Positions 17,888 through 25,236 of a stretch of 64,000 nucleotides of DNA are shown one piece after another. The DNA is from Acidobacteriota bacterium (GTDB lineage: Bacteria; Acidobacteriota; Vicinamibacteria; Vicinamibacterales; UBA2999). The stretch is from the NCBI GenBank assembly GCA_021730945.1, contig JAKFYH010000049.1, positions 19,855 to 83,854 of the forward strand, written 5' to 3'. The notes beneath the pieces are model-generated. The model did no database searches, had not been told where the DNA came from, and was given only the letters and a program-made list of their open reading frames with translations. The translations under genes were made by a program, and so were the position numbers. How positions within the stretch are numbered: position 1 is the stretch's first letter; the number at the start of each line of letters is the position of its first letter.

Positions 17888-19383
17888 TACTTCACGAAGT
17901 TGTAGAGCGCGCTGCGCGTCCGTACGAACAGTTCGCCATCGGCCGGAATCGGCGTGGCAAACACCTCGTCATCGAGCGTGTTCACTTGCACCATCTCCCA
18001 GTCGCCCCTGGCGGTGACGATCGAGATGGTGCCGTCCTGGCTGGCCAGCCAGATCTTGCCGTCGGCGCCAATCGGCGAGGCGAAGTACTTGTCGATGGCG
18101 CCCTTTAAGCGGCCCTGCTTGAGCACGTCGCCGGTCACGGGGTCGAACGACAGCAGGATGCCGCTGTCGTTCACCATGTAGAGCACGCCCTGGTAGAGCA
18201 CCGTCGAGGGCACCTGCGGCACCGGCCGCAGGTACTTCCATTTCACCGCGGTGGCCGTCATGTCGCCCGAGCCGCCCAGCTTGATGGCCATCAAGCCGTT
18301 TTCGGCGGCCAGCATGGCGCGAAAGACGTCCCAGTCCTTGGCGTCGAGCCGGCCGTCGCGGTTGCCGTCGAAGGCATCGAAGCCGACTTCGGGCCGCAGC
18401 ATGCGGTCCATGCGGTCGGTCGACGCCGGGTTCACGACTTCGTCGCGACCGACGAAGCCGTCGCCGTTCTTGTCGAACCGCTTCAGCCCGGTGGCAAAGT
18501 CGACGGTGGGAATCTGCGTGCCGGCCTGGTTCTGGCCGAAGCCCCAGCCGTTCACGTAGAGCGTGTCTTCGTCCAGGCTCGCCACCGACTTCATCTCGCA
18601 GGCGAGTCCCCGGACCCACCACAACTGCGAACCATCAACCAGCGAATAGGCGGTCAACTGGAAGGACTCGGGAATGAGAATCTGCGCCGGGCCGCTCTTC
18701 GGCCGCCAGATGGTCGGCGTCGAATACCCCGAGATCACGTGCGGACGCGAGACCCTCCAGCGCTGCTTGCCGGTGTTGGCATCGACCGCGAGCAAATACG
18801 GATCGACGTCTTGGTCGACCGGCAGGATGATCAGGCCATCCTCGAGGATCGGCGAGGCGCCGAAGCCGTAGAACATGCTGAATGGCCCGAGCGGCAGGCG
18901 CCAGCGCTCCTTGCCGTCGGCGGTGTAGCTGATCAGACCGAAGTCCTGGAAGAAGAAGTAGACGTTGGTGCCGTCGGTGACGGGGCTGGGCGACGCCGGC
19001 CCGTTCACGTTCTCGCGGCGGCCGTGCTGCAGGCGCGGCACTTCGTGCTGCCACAACTGCTTGCCGGTCTTGCGATCGAGCGCCAGCACGAACAGCTTGT
19101 AGTCGTCCTTCTCGGCCGAGTGCCCCGTGAGGAAGATGTGCGTGTCGGTCAGCACCGGCGACGAGTGCCCGTTGGGCAGCGGCGCCTTCCACTTCACGTT
19201 CCGGGTGGGGCCGAAGTCCACCGGCACACCGGTCGCGTCCGACACGCCCAGCCCGTTGGGGCCACGGAAGCGGGTCCAGTTTTCTGCCGTCGCCACGGCG
19301 GACAGGTTCGCCGTGCTGAGCGCCCCCCCCAGCACCGCGAGCAACCCGACCGCCGCCACGAACATCAGACGCCTGTTGAACAT
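17887..19383 (-). CDS. Secreted PQQ-like (BamB-type) beta-propeller repeat protein with inserted EF-hand-like loops
   Basis: It has a signal peptide and repeated W/G propeller blades (KQLWQHEV, KERWRL, KQRWRV, SQLWWV). Calcium-loop-like motifs are FDKNGDGFVGRDE and FDGNRDGRLDAKDW. Confidence 0.7.
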   Translation of the reverse strand: MFNRRLMFVAAVGLLAVLGGALSTANLSAVATAENWTRFRGPNGLGVSDATGVPVDFGPTRNVKWKAPLPNGHSSPVLTDTHIFLTGHSAEKDDYKLFVLALDRKTGKQLWQHEVPRLQHGRRENVNGPASPSPVTDGTNVYFFFQDFGLISYTADGKERWRLPLGPFSMFYGFGASPILEDGLIILPVDQDVDPYLLAVDANTGKQRWRVSRPHVISGYSTPTIWRPKSGPAQILIPESFQLTAYSLVDGSQLWWVRGLACEMKSVASLDEDTLYVNGWGFGQNQAGTQIPTVDFATGLKRFDKNGDGFVGRDEVVNPASTDRMDRMLRPEVGFDAFDGNRDGRLDAKDWDVFRAMLAAENGLMAIKLGGSGDMTATAVKWKYLRPVPQVPSTVLYQGVLYMVNDSGILLSFDPVTGDVLKQGRLKGAIDKYFASPIGADGKIWLASQDGTISIVTARGDWEMVQVNTLDDEVFATPIPADGELFVRTRSALYNFVK

Positions 19384-19475
19384 GAGGTGATCTTAGCGAA
19401 TGTCCACCGGCTCCCATCAGGGAAATGCACTTTGGGCGTGACCGGCGGCGTGACCAGTGCTGAGCCGGCTGTGGT

Positions 19476-20702
19476 CTACGGCAGCCGGCCGTACTTTCGC
19501 ATCGCGTCCAGCATGCGGTCGACCGGCATGGCGTAGATGCGCAGGTCGTTGGCGCCGGTCATGGTCTCGGCCGCGAGCAGTGCGTTGGTGATGGCGGCCT
19601 CGGTGGCCTGCGCGGTCGCCTGGAATAGCGGCGAGAGGCGATCGTTGGGCAACATCTTCACGTCCGTGACCGGCTGGTCATTGAACCAGGCCCGGGCGTT
19701 GGCGGTGGAAAAGGCGATGAAGATATCGCCGGAGCTGTTGCCGCCGAACCCGCCTTGCCGCCCGATGCCCAGCGACACTCGCGTCGCGATGCGCTTCAGC
19801 TGATGCGGCAGGACCGGCGCGTCGGTCGCCACCACGACGATGATGGATCCTTGTTCCGGCGCCTCGTCTTGAGCGGCGCCGCGCACGTCGTCGCAGCGGC
19901 GGCGTGGCGAGTCCGCCGGCAGCGGCCTGCTGTGGGCGATGCATCCGGCCAGGTCGGCAATCTCCTCGCCCACGGGAACGCCGGCAATGCGCAGGTCGCG
20001 CCGCGATCCGTAGTTGCACTGCACCAGTACACCCACCGTGTAGCCACCTTGCTCGGCCGGGAGGCGGCGAGACGCCGTGCCGATGCCGCCCTTGAAGCCA
20101 TGGCACACCATGCCGGTGCCGCCACCCACCGAGCCCTCCTGCGGCAAGCCCCCGGCGGCGTTGTCGAGCGCCGCGAAGACATGCTCCGGCTTCACATGGA
20201 ACCCGTTGATGTCGTTCAAGCCGCCATCGTAGGTCTCAGCCACCACCGGCAGCCACCACGGCTGCAGTGCGTTCTGCTGTGCCACTTCCCACTGGACGAT
20301 CGCGTCGCGCACGACGCCGACGCTGTGGGTGTTGGTGATTGCCACCGGCCCTTCGAGCAGCCCGCTCTCCTGGACCCAGGTGGTTCCCGTCATCTCGCCG
20401 TTGCCGTTCAGCGTGAACCAGGCGGCAAAGACCGGGTCGTGGTTGGCCTTGCCTCGTGGGTGAATCACCGTCACGCCGGTGCGCACCGGTCCCTTGCCGG
20501 CCACTACCGTGCCGCTGCCCGCGATCAACGTGGTGTGTCCCACTTCGACGCCGGCGACGTCGGTGATCGCATCGAGCGCGCCTGGCGTTCCGCCGATTGG
20601 CAGCTTGAGGTCACGCTCCCTCGGCTTCTGGGCCTGCAGCGCGACGGAGAAAAAAACAACGGCGGTCAGCAGGGCGATTGATGTGCGCATCCCAGGCTCC
20701 AT
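19476..20702 (-). CDS. P1/S58 (DmpA-type) aminopeptidase
   Basis: The motifs are ITDVAGVEVGHTTL, GVTVIHP, NGNGEMTGT and GGGTGMVCHGFKGGIGTAS, which contains the self-cleavage/nucleophile region. It has a signal peptide. Confidence 0.85.
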   Translation of the reverse strand: MEPGMRTSIALLTAVVFFSVALQAQKPRERDLKLPIGGTPGALDAITDVAGVEVGHTTLIAGSGTVVAGKGPVRTGVTVIHPRGKANHDPVFAAWFTLNGNGEMTGTTWVQESGLLEGPVAITNTHSVGVVRDAIVQWEVAQQNALQPWWLPVVAETYDGGLNDINGFHVKPEHVFAALDNAAGGLPQEGSVGGGTGMVCHGFKGGIGTASRRLPAEQGGYTVGVLVQCNYGSRRDLRIAGVPVGEEIADLAGCIAHSRPLPADSPRRRCDDVRGAAQDEAPEQGSIIVVVATDAPVLPHQLKRIATRVSLGIGRQGGFGGNSSGDIFIAFSTANARAWFNDQPVTDVKMLPNDRLSPLFQATAQATEAAITNALLAAETMTGANDLRIYAMPVDRMLDAMRKYGRLP

Positions 20703-20759
20703 GTGGTGACGGTGACGGCCCTACTCTAGCAGGCTGCGGCCTCGAGCCACTGCCGGGCC

Positions 20760-22235
20760 CTACCAGGGCGTCGTCTTGTAGTCCTTCAGGAACTGTCCCC
20801 ATACGTGGGTGCCGGTATTGAAGCCGGTGACGATCGGGGCGACGATGCGGGCGCCGCCGTCGACAATGTCGAGCGGGGGATGGAAGCGGTGGTCGGCGGT
20901 CTTGCGCATGGCGATCTCGATCGGGTCCTCGTCGGTCACCCAGCCGGTGTCGACGCTGTTCATGTGGATGCCGTCGTTGACGTAGTCGGTGGCCGCCGTG
21001 CGCGTCATCATGTTGAGCGCCGCCTTGGCCATGTTGGTGTGGGGATGGCGGGTCGTCTTGAACGTGCGGTAGAACTGTCCCTCGACCGCCGAGACATTCA
21101 CGATGTGCTTGTCGCGTTCGGGCGTGCGCAGCATCAGCGGCTTGAGGCGCGCGTTGAACAGGAACGGCGCCATCTGGTTGACGAACTGCACCTCGAGCAT
21201 CTCGACCGTCGGCACCTCGGCCAGCAGCATGCGCCACGAGTTGCGGTCGCGCAGGTCGACCTGCTGCAAATCGTTGTCGTAGCGGCCGCTGGGGAACAGG
21301 TGCGATCGCGCGACCAGTTCTTCGTCGAGCAGTGGCACTTGCGACAGTTGGGCGGCGGCCACCACGCCCTGGCCCTGATCGACCAGCGCCACCGCGTGGC
21401 CGGCCTCGCCCAGCAGCCGGCGCACATGTTCCGGCTGATCCTTCGACGAGGCCAGTTCGGCCGCCATCATGTGGGTGTAGAACTCGGGCGGCCGCCGGAC
21501 GGTCTGGCAGGCGTTGTTGATGATGAAGTCGAGCCGCTCGCGAGAGGCGTTCAGGTCGCGGCAGAACGCCTCGACGCTGGGGATGTGCCGCAGGTCGAGC
21601 CCGAAGATCTCCAGGCGGTGGCCCCAATCACCGAAGTCGGGCTCCTGGGCGTAGCGGTCGGCGGCATTGCGCGGAAACCGCGTCGTCACGATCAGGTGCG
21701 CGCCGCAGCGCAGCAGCTTGAGACCGGCCTGGTAGCCGATCTTGACTCGCCCGCCGGTGAGCAGCGCCACGCGCCCACGCAGGTCGGTCAGTTCGGTGCG
21801 GGCGGCGTAGTTGCTGTCGCCGCAGGCCGGGCAGAGCTGATCGTAGAAGTGATGCAGCTCGGTGTAGGGCGTCTTGCACACGTAACAGACACGATCGACC
21901 GGCGGGGGAGGCACGCCATCAGGCTTGCCTGAGTTGTCGATCGGCTCGATCACGGGAGGGAACACGTTGGGGGTCGTGACCATCGGCCGCCGCCGCATGG
22001 AGCGGATGCCGGTGGTGTTCAGGACCGCCTCTTCCTGCCTGGCCGCCGCGGCCTTGGCGGCTTTCTGGCGCTTCCGCTTGGCCTGGGGGTCGACGGCCGA
22101 CAGCTCGGCGATCGCCCGGAAGAAGCGGTGGCGTTCTTCAGTGGGCAGCGACCGCAAGAGGCTGCGGTCGCGCGCGACACGCTCCAGCCAGTCGATCGCG
22201 CTCACGTCTTCAGTGGGAACGTCCTTCGTCGCCAT
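20760..22235 (-). CDS. SDR family oxidoreductase with about 190-aa N-terminal extension containing a 4-Cys ribbon
   Basis: The Rossmann motif is ALLTGGRVKIGYQAGLKLLRCGAHLIVTTR, followed by NNA. The cysteine motif is CYVCKTPYTELHHFYDQLCPAC. The start is set at ATG 22235 because the track ORF (to 22508) reads through the heptamer array as GSGIRDQ repeats. Confidence 0.8.
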   Translation of the reverse strand: MATKDVPTEDVSAIDWLERVARDRSLLRSLPTEERHRFFRAIAELSAVDPQAKRKRQKAAKAAAARQEEAVLNTTGIRSMRRRPMVTTPNVFPPVIEPIDNSGKPDGVPPPPVDRVCYVCKTPYTELHHFYDQLCPACGDSNYAARTELTDLRGRVALLTGGRVKIGYQAGLKLLRCGAHLIVTTRFPRNAADRYAQEPDFGDWGHRLEIFGLDLRHIPSVEAFCRDLNASRERLDFIINNACQTVRRPPEFYTHMMAAELASSKDQPEHVRRLLGEAGHAVALVDQGQGVVAAAQLSQVPLLDEELVARSHLFPSGRYDNDLQQVDLRDRNSWRMLLAEVPTVEMLEVQFVNQMAPFLFNARLKPLMLRTPERDKHIVNVSAVEGQFYRTFKTTRHPHTNMAKAALNMMTRTAATDYVNDGIHMNSVDTGWVTDEDPIEIAMRKTADHRFHPPLDIVDGGARIVAPIVTGFNTGTHVWGQFLKDYKTTPW

Positions 22236-22259
22236 CCACTTCCAGCGTAGCCGAAATAT

Positions 22260-22336
22260 CCCTGATCCCTGATCCCTGATCCCTGATCCCTGATCCCTGA
22301 TCCCTGATCCCTGATCCCTGATCCCTGATCCCTGAT
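22260..22336. repeat. Perfect heptamer microsatellite (CCCTGAT) x11
   Basis: I counted 11 units directly. The array occupies 77 of the 112 bp between divergent start codons 22235 (-) and 22348 (+). On the minus strand it reads (GGGATCA)n. Confidence 0.95.
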
Positions 22337-22347
22337 ATATACACTCC

Positions 22348-23148
22348 ATGAAACGCCGCGAATTCCTCGCCACCTCCGTGCTTGCTCCCTTGGCCACCAC
22401 CCTGGCGGCTTCGACCGCTGACGCCGCCACCGCCGAGGGCCGACAGGCCCGGCCGGCGCCCGGCCGAAAGATCCTGATCGCCGGCGGCGGCTTCAACACC
22501 GCCTTCATCCGCTACATGGCGGAGTTGACCGGTAAGCCGCGGCCCAAGCTGTTGTACTTGCCCACTGCCTCGGCCGACTCGCCCAACGGCGTCATTACCT
22601 GGTATCGCAACTGCGCACCGCTCAACGTCGAGCCGTCGCACCAGAACAGTTTCATTGCCAGCACGCAGCAGGCCCGGAGCTGGGAAGAGGTGTTCCTCTC
22701 GGTGGACGGCATCGTGTGCTCGGGCGGCAATACGCTGAACCAGCAGGCCATTTGGAAGGCGCAGGGCATTGATGTGATCCTGCGGCAGGCGTGGGACCGC
22801 GGCATTGTGCTCGGCGGCGCCAGCGCCGGATCGCTGTGCTGGTTTGAAGAGGGCACCACCGACTCGCGGCCGAAGGAACTCTCGACCGTGCAGTGCCTGG
22901 GCTTCCTGAAGGGCAGCCACTCGCCGCACTACGACGCCGAGCCGGGCCGCCGGCCCTTGTATCAGAAGTTGATCGGTTCGGGCCAGATGAAGCCGGGCTA
23001 CGCCTGCGACAACGACGCCGGCATCTACTTCGAGGACAACACCGTCAAGCGCGTCGTCTCGGCGCGCGTGGGCGCCAAGGTCTACTACGTCAGCGTCGAC
23101 GGCGGGAAAGTCGTCGAGAAGGTGATGGAGCCGGAACGGATCGCGTAG
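22348..23148 (+). CDS. Tat-exported S51 (peptidase E-like) family peptidase
   Basis: The leader is MKRREFLATSVLAPLATTLAASTADAA. Family motifs are LLYLPTASADS, SGGNTLNQ and LGGASAGSLCWFEEG. Confidence 0.75.
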   Translation: MKRREFLATSVLAPLATTLAASTADAATAEGRQARPAPGRKILIAGGGFNTAFIRYMAELTGKPRPKLLYLPTASADSPNGVITWYRNCAPLNVEPSHQNSFIASTQQARSWEEVFLSVDGIVCSGGNTLNQQAIWKAQGIDVILRQAWDRGIVLGGASAGSLCWFEEGTTDSRPKELSTVQCLGFLKGSHSPHYDAEPGRRPLYQKLIGSGQMKPGYACDNDAGIYFEDNTVKRVVSARVGAKVYYVSVDGGKVVEKVMEPERIA

Positions 23149-23193
23149 CGCAGGCGGTTGCTAACGTCGAGGCGCACAGACAGTCGCCCATGA

Positions 23194-23403
23194 GATGTTG
23201 CGGCTCAACGGGAGCTCGTCACCAAGGTGCGCAAGAGCGTGACCATCGACTGGACCCTGCGCGAAAGCGCCCGCGCGCGCATCCGTGTGATGGTGAAGCG
23301 CATTCTGAAGAAGTACGGATACCCGCCCGACCTGCAGGATGAAGCAACCAAGACAGTGCTGGCGCAGGCCGAGTTGTTGTCGGCCTCCTGGTCCACGGTC
23401 TGA
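23194..23403 (+). pseudogene. hsdR: Orphan C-terminal fragment of a type I restriction enzyme R subunit (HsdR, DUF3387-type tail)
   Basis: Own translation of 23194-23403 gives [69 protein letters not shown]. It matches the conserved HsdR C-terminal signature (TIDWT.RES.RA..RV.VKRIL.KYGYPPD...AT..VL.QAEL). An in-frame TGA lies at 23191, there is no start codon, and no helicase domain lies upstream. Confidence 0.7.
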
Positions 23404-23453
23404 GCAGCGCAGCTCCGATCCTGCTATCCTTTCGTGCCTTGAGGATTTCGAAC

Positions 23454-24050
23454 ATGAAACTGACGACGCTGATCAGGTCGAGTCTGGCCACCATGGCCGC
23501 GACCATGCTCATCACCAGCCCTGCTGCCGCGCAGGCACCCGCCGGCGGCGCGCCGCCGCGTCCGGCGATGACGCTTACCACCACGGCGTGGCCGGACGGC
23601 GACCCGATCCCGGTGAAATACACGCAGGCCGGCGAACAGGTGTCGCCGGAGTTGAAGTGGACCAACACGCCGCCCGGCACGATGTCGTTCGTGCTGCACA
23701 TGCTCGACCCAGACGTCGCCCGCAACAAGACCACCGATACCCAGGTGCACTGGCTGGTCTGGAACATTCCCGCCACCGCCACCGGGTTGCCCGAAGGCGC
23801 GCCGAAAGGGGAGAAGCTGGCCGACGGCAGCCTGCAGACCAGCGCCAGCGGCCCGGTCTATCGCGGCCCTGGCGCACCGGCCAGCGGGCCCCTGCACCAC
23901 TACACGTTCGAGATCTATGCGCTCGACACCACGCTGACTGTCGGCCACGGCGCCGACGCGTTCGAGACCCGCGCCAACGTGATGAAGGCCATGCAGGGGC
24001 ACATCCTGGGCAAGGCGGTCTACGTCGGATTGTTCAAGCGGCCACAATAA
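23454..24050 (+). CDS. Secreted YbhB/YbcL (PEBP, Raf-kinase-inhibitor-like) family protein
   Basis: ATG 23454 is preceded by GAGGA. It has a signal peptide. Family motifs are SPELKWTNTPPGTMSFVLHMLDPD, HWLVWNIP and GPLHHYTFEIYALD. Confidence 0.85.
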   Translation: MKLTTLIRSSLATMAATMLITSPAAAQAPAGGAPPRPAMTLTTTAWPDGDPIPVKYTQAGEQVSPELKWTNTPPGTMSFVLHMLDPDVARNKTTDTQVHWLVWNIPATATGLPEGAPKGEKLADGSLQTSASGPVYRGPGAPASGPLHHYTFEIYALDTTLTVGHGADAFETRANVMKAMQGHILGKAVYVGLFKRPQ

Positions 24051-24079
24051 GAAGGGGCCGGTTTCCCTCGGGGGCTGTC

Positions 24080-24523
24080 CTACCCGGGCTTGCCCGCGTC
24101 CTCAAGCCAGCGCTGCATGTCGGTGTGGCGCGCGACGCCGGCCTGCTGGAAGCGGACGACGCCGTTCTTGAGAACGACGAAGTTGGGAATGCCCTGGACA
24201 CCGTACCGTGCGGCGATTTCGGGATAGCGCTCGGTGTCGACCTTGAGGACGACGGCCTTTCCCGCCATGCCAGCCGCCGTGCGCGCCACTTCCGGTGCGG
24301 CGGTTCGGCAGGGGCCGCACCACGCGGCCCAGAAATCAACCAGCACCGGCAGCCGACTGTCGCGCAGGACTTCGTCAAACGTAACCGGATCAACATCCAC
24401 TGGCTCAGCGAGCGGCCCCAGCGGTTGCTTGCACTTGCCGCAATTGGCCGGCGAACCGAGCCGTGCGGCCGGCACGCGGTTCTTCTGCTGACAGTGCCGA
24501 CAGGTTCGAATCATGTTGACCAT
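24080..24523 (-). CDS. trxC: Thioredoxin 2 (zinc-finger thioredoxin)
   Basis: The N-terminal zinc motif is CRHCQQKNRVP...CGKCKQPL. The active site is VLVDFWAAWCGPCR. Confidence 0.85.
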   Translation of the reverse strand: MVNMIRTCRHCQQKNRVPAARLGSPANCGKCKQPLGPLAEPVDVDPVTFDEVLRDSRLPVLVDFWAAWCGPCRTAAPEVARTAAGMAGKAVVLKVDTERYPEIAARYGVQGIPNFVVLKNGVVRFQQAGVARHTDMQRWLEDAGKPG

Positions 24524-24542
24524 CCCGGGATCGGGCCGGTTC

Positions 24543-24989
24543 TCACTTGCCGATCACGATCCGTAACTCGCCCCAGTAGGTGACGCTGCCCGACGCCATG
24601 TCGACATGCTCGGCGTAGGTGATCCGGTCGCCCACCTGCCGCAGCCGGACGTAATGACCAGGTTCGGTCGCGGACGACAGGTAGGTGAATCCTCCGCTCG
24701 AGCTGAGCGTCAGTGGCCGGTCGTCCCGGCTCCCCCAATAGTAACGGCCGTCGACGATGCGGACTTTCAGTGCGCTGTTGATGGCTTCGCCGCTACCCAG
24801 TTGCCGCCTGGTGGCCTGGTCTTCGGCAGCGTCCACTCTCACCGTCGGCAGGCCTTCCAGGCCCGATGCGTTGTCGGGAATCTTGACGGGCTCCGGCTTG
24901 GCCGGCTGTTGCGCGGCCGCCCCAAGCGCCGCCACGCCGAGACAGGCCACGACGGCGAAGGTCGCGACAATTTGTCTTTGGAGCGTCAT
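24543..24989 (-). CDS. Small secreted hypothetical protein (148 aa)
   Basis: The start is set at ATG 24989 (MTLQRQIVATFAVVACLGVAALGAAAQQ signal peptide). The track ORF to 25529 overlaps the molybdoenzyme gene and is over-extended. Confidence 0.55.
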   Translation of the reverse strand: MTLQRQIVATFAVVACLGVAALGAAAQQPAKPEPVKIPDNASGLEGLPTVRVDAAEDQATRRQLGSGEAINSALKVRIVDGRYYWGSRDDRPLTLSSSGGFTYLSSATEPGHYVRLRQVGDRITYAEHVDMASGSVTYWGELRIVIGK

Positions 24990-25236
24990 GGCTCGTACCT
25001 CTCCCAACAGTGCGAGCAAGAAGCTGGCCATGTCAGCGGCGACGGCCCTCCCATGGGACGGCGCAGCCCACCATTTCCCGATGGGAAATATCGCGAGTCG
25101 CCGTGGGTTTTTCGCCACCGGTGCGGCCGAGCCATCTAGATTGTGCCCAGAATTCGAGCCGTGAACTTCTGGGAGGCGCTCGATCGCGCGGGCTGACGAT
25201 CGCTGGCGCCCGTTCTCGCTGGAGGGTACCTGGTAA

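Noticed and set aside
20760-22508. Long N-terminal extensions of real genes that translate the microsatellites as peptide repeats. Examples are GSGIRDQ x4 here, GIGDQGSGIG at 37682..39298, RDCGIAGL at 54849..55439, VSVSVSV at 46149..46736 and CVCGPGICV at 52705..54327.
   Set aside because: Unit lengths of 7 or 8 bp are not multiples of 3, and the frame only stays open by chance. Good start codons with signal peptides or family-typical N-termini lie downstream of each array. I trimmed these genes to the internal starts.
23149-23438. An intact defence (type I R-M) locus or genomic island around the hsdR fragment
   Set aside because: Only the 69-codon tail remains. The flanking genes are ordinary exported enzymes, and there is no hsdM, hsdS, integrase or tRNA boundary. 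I report it only as a relic.
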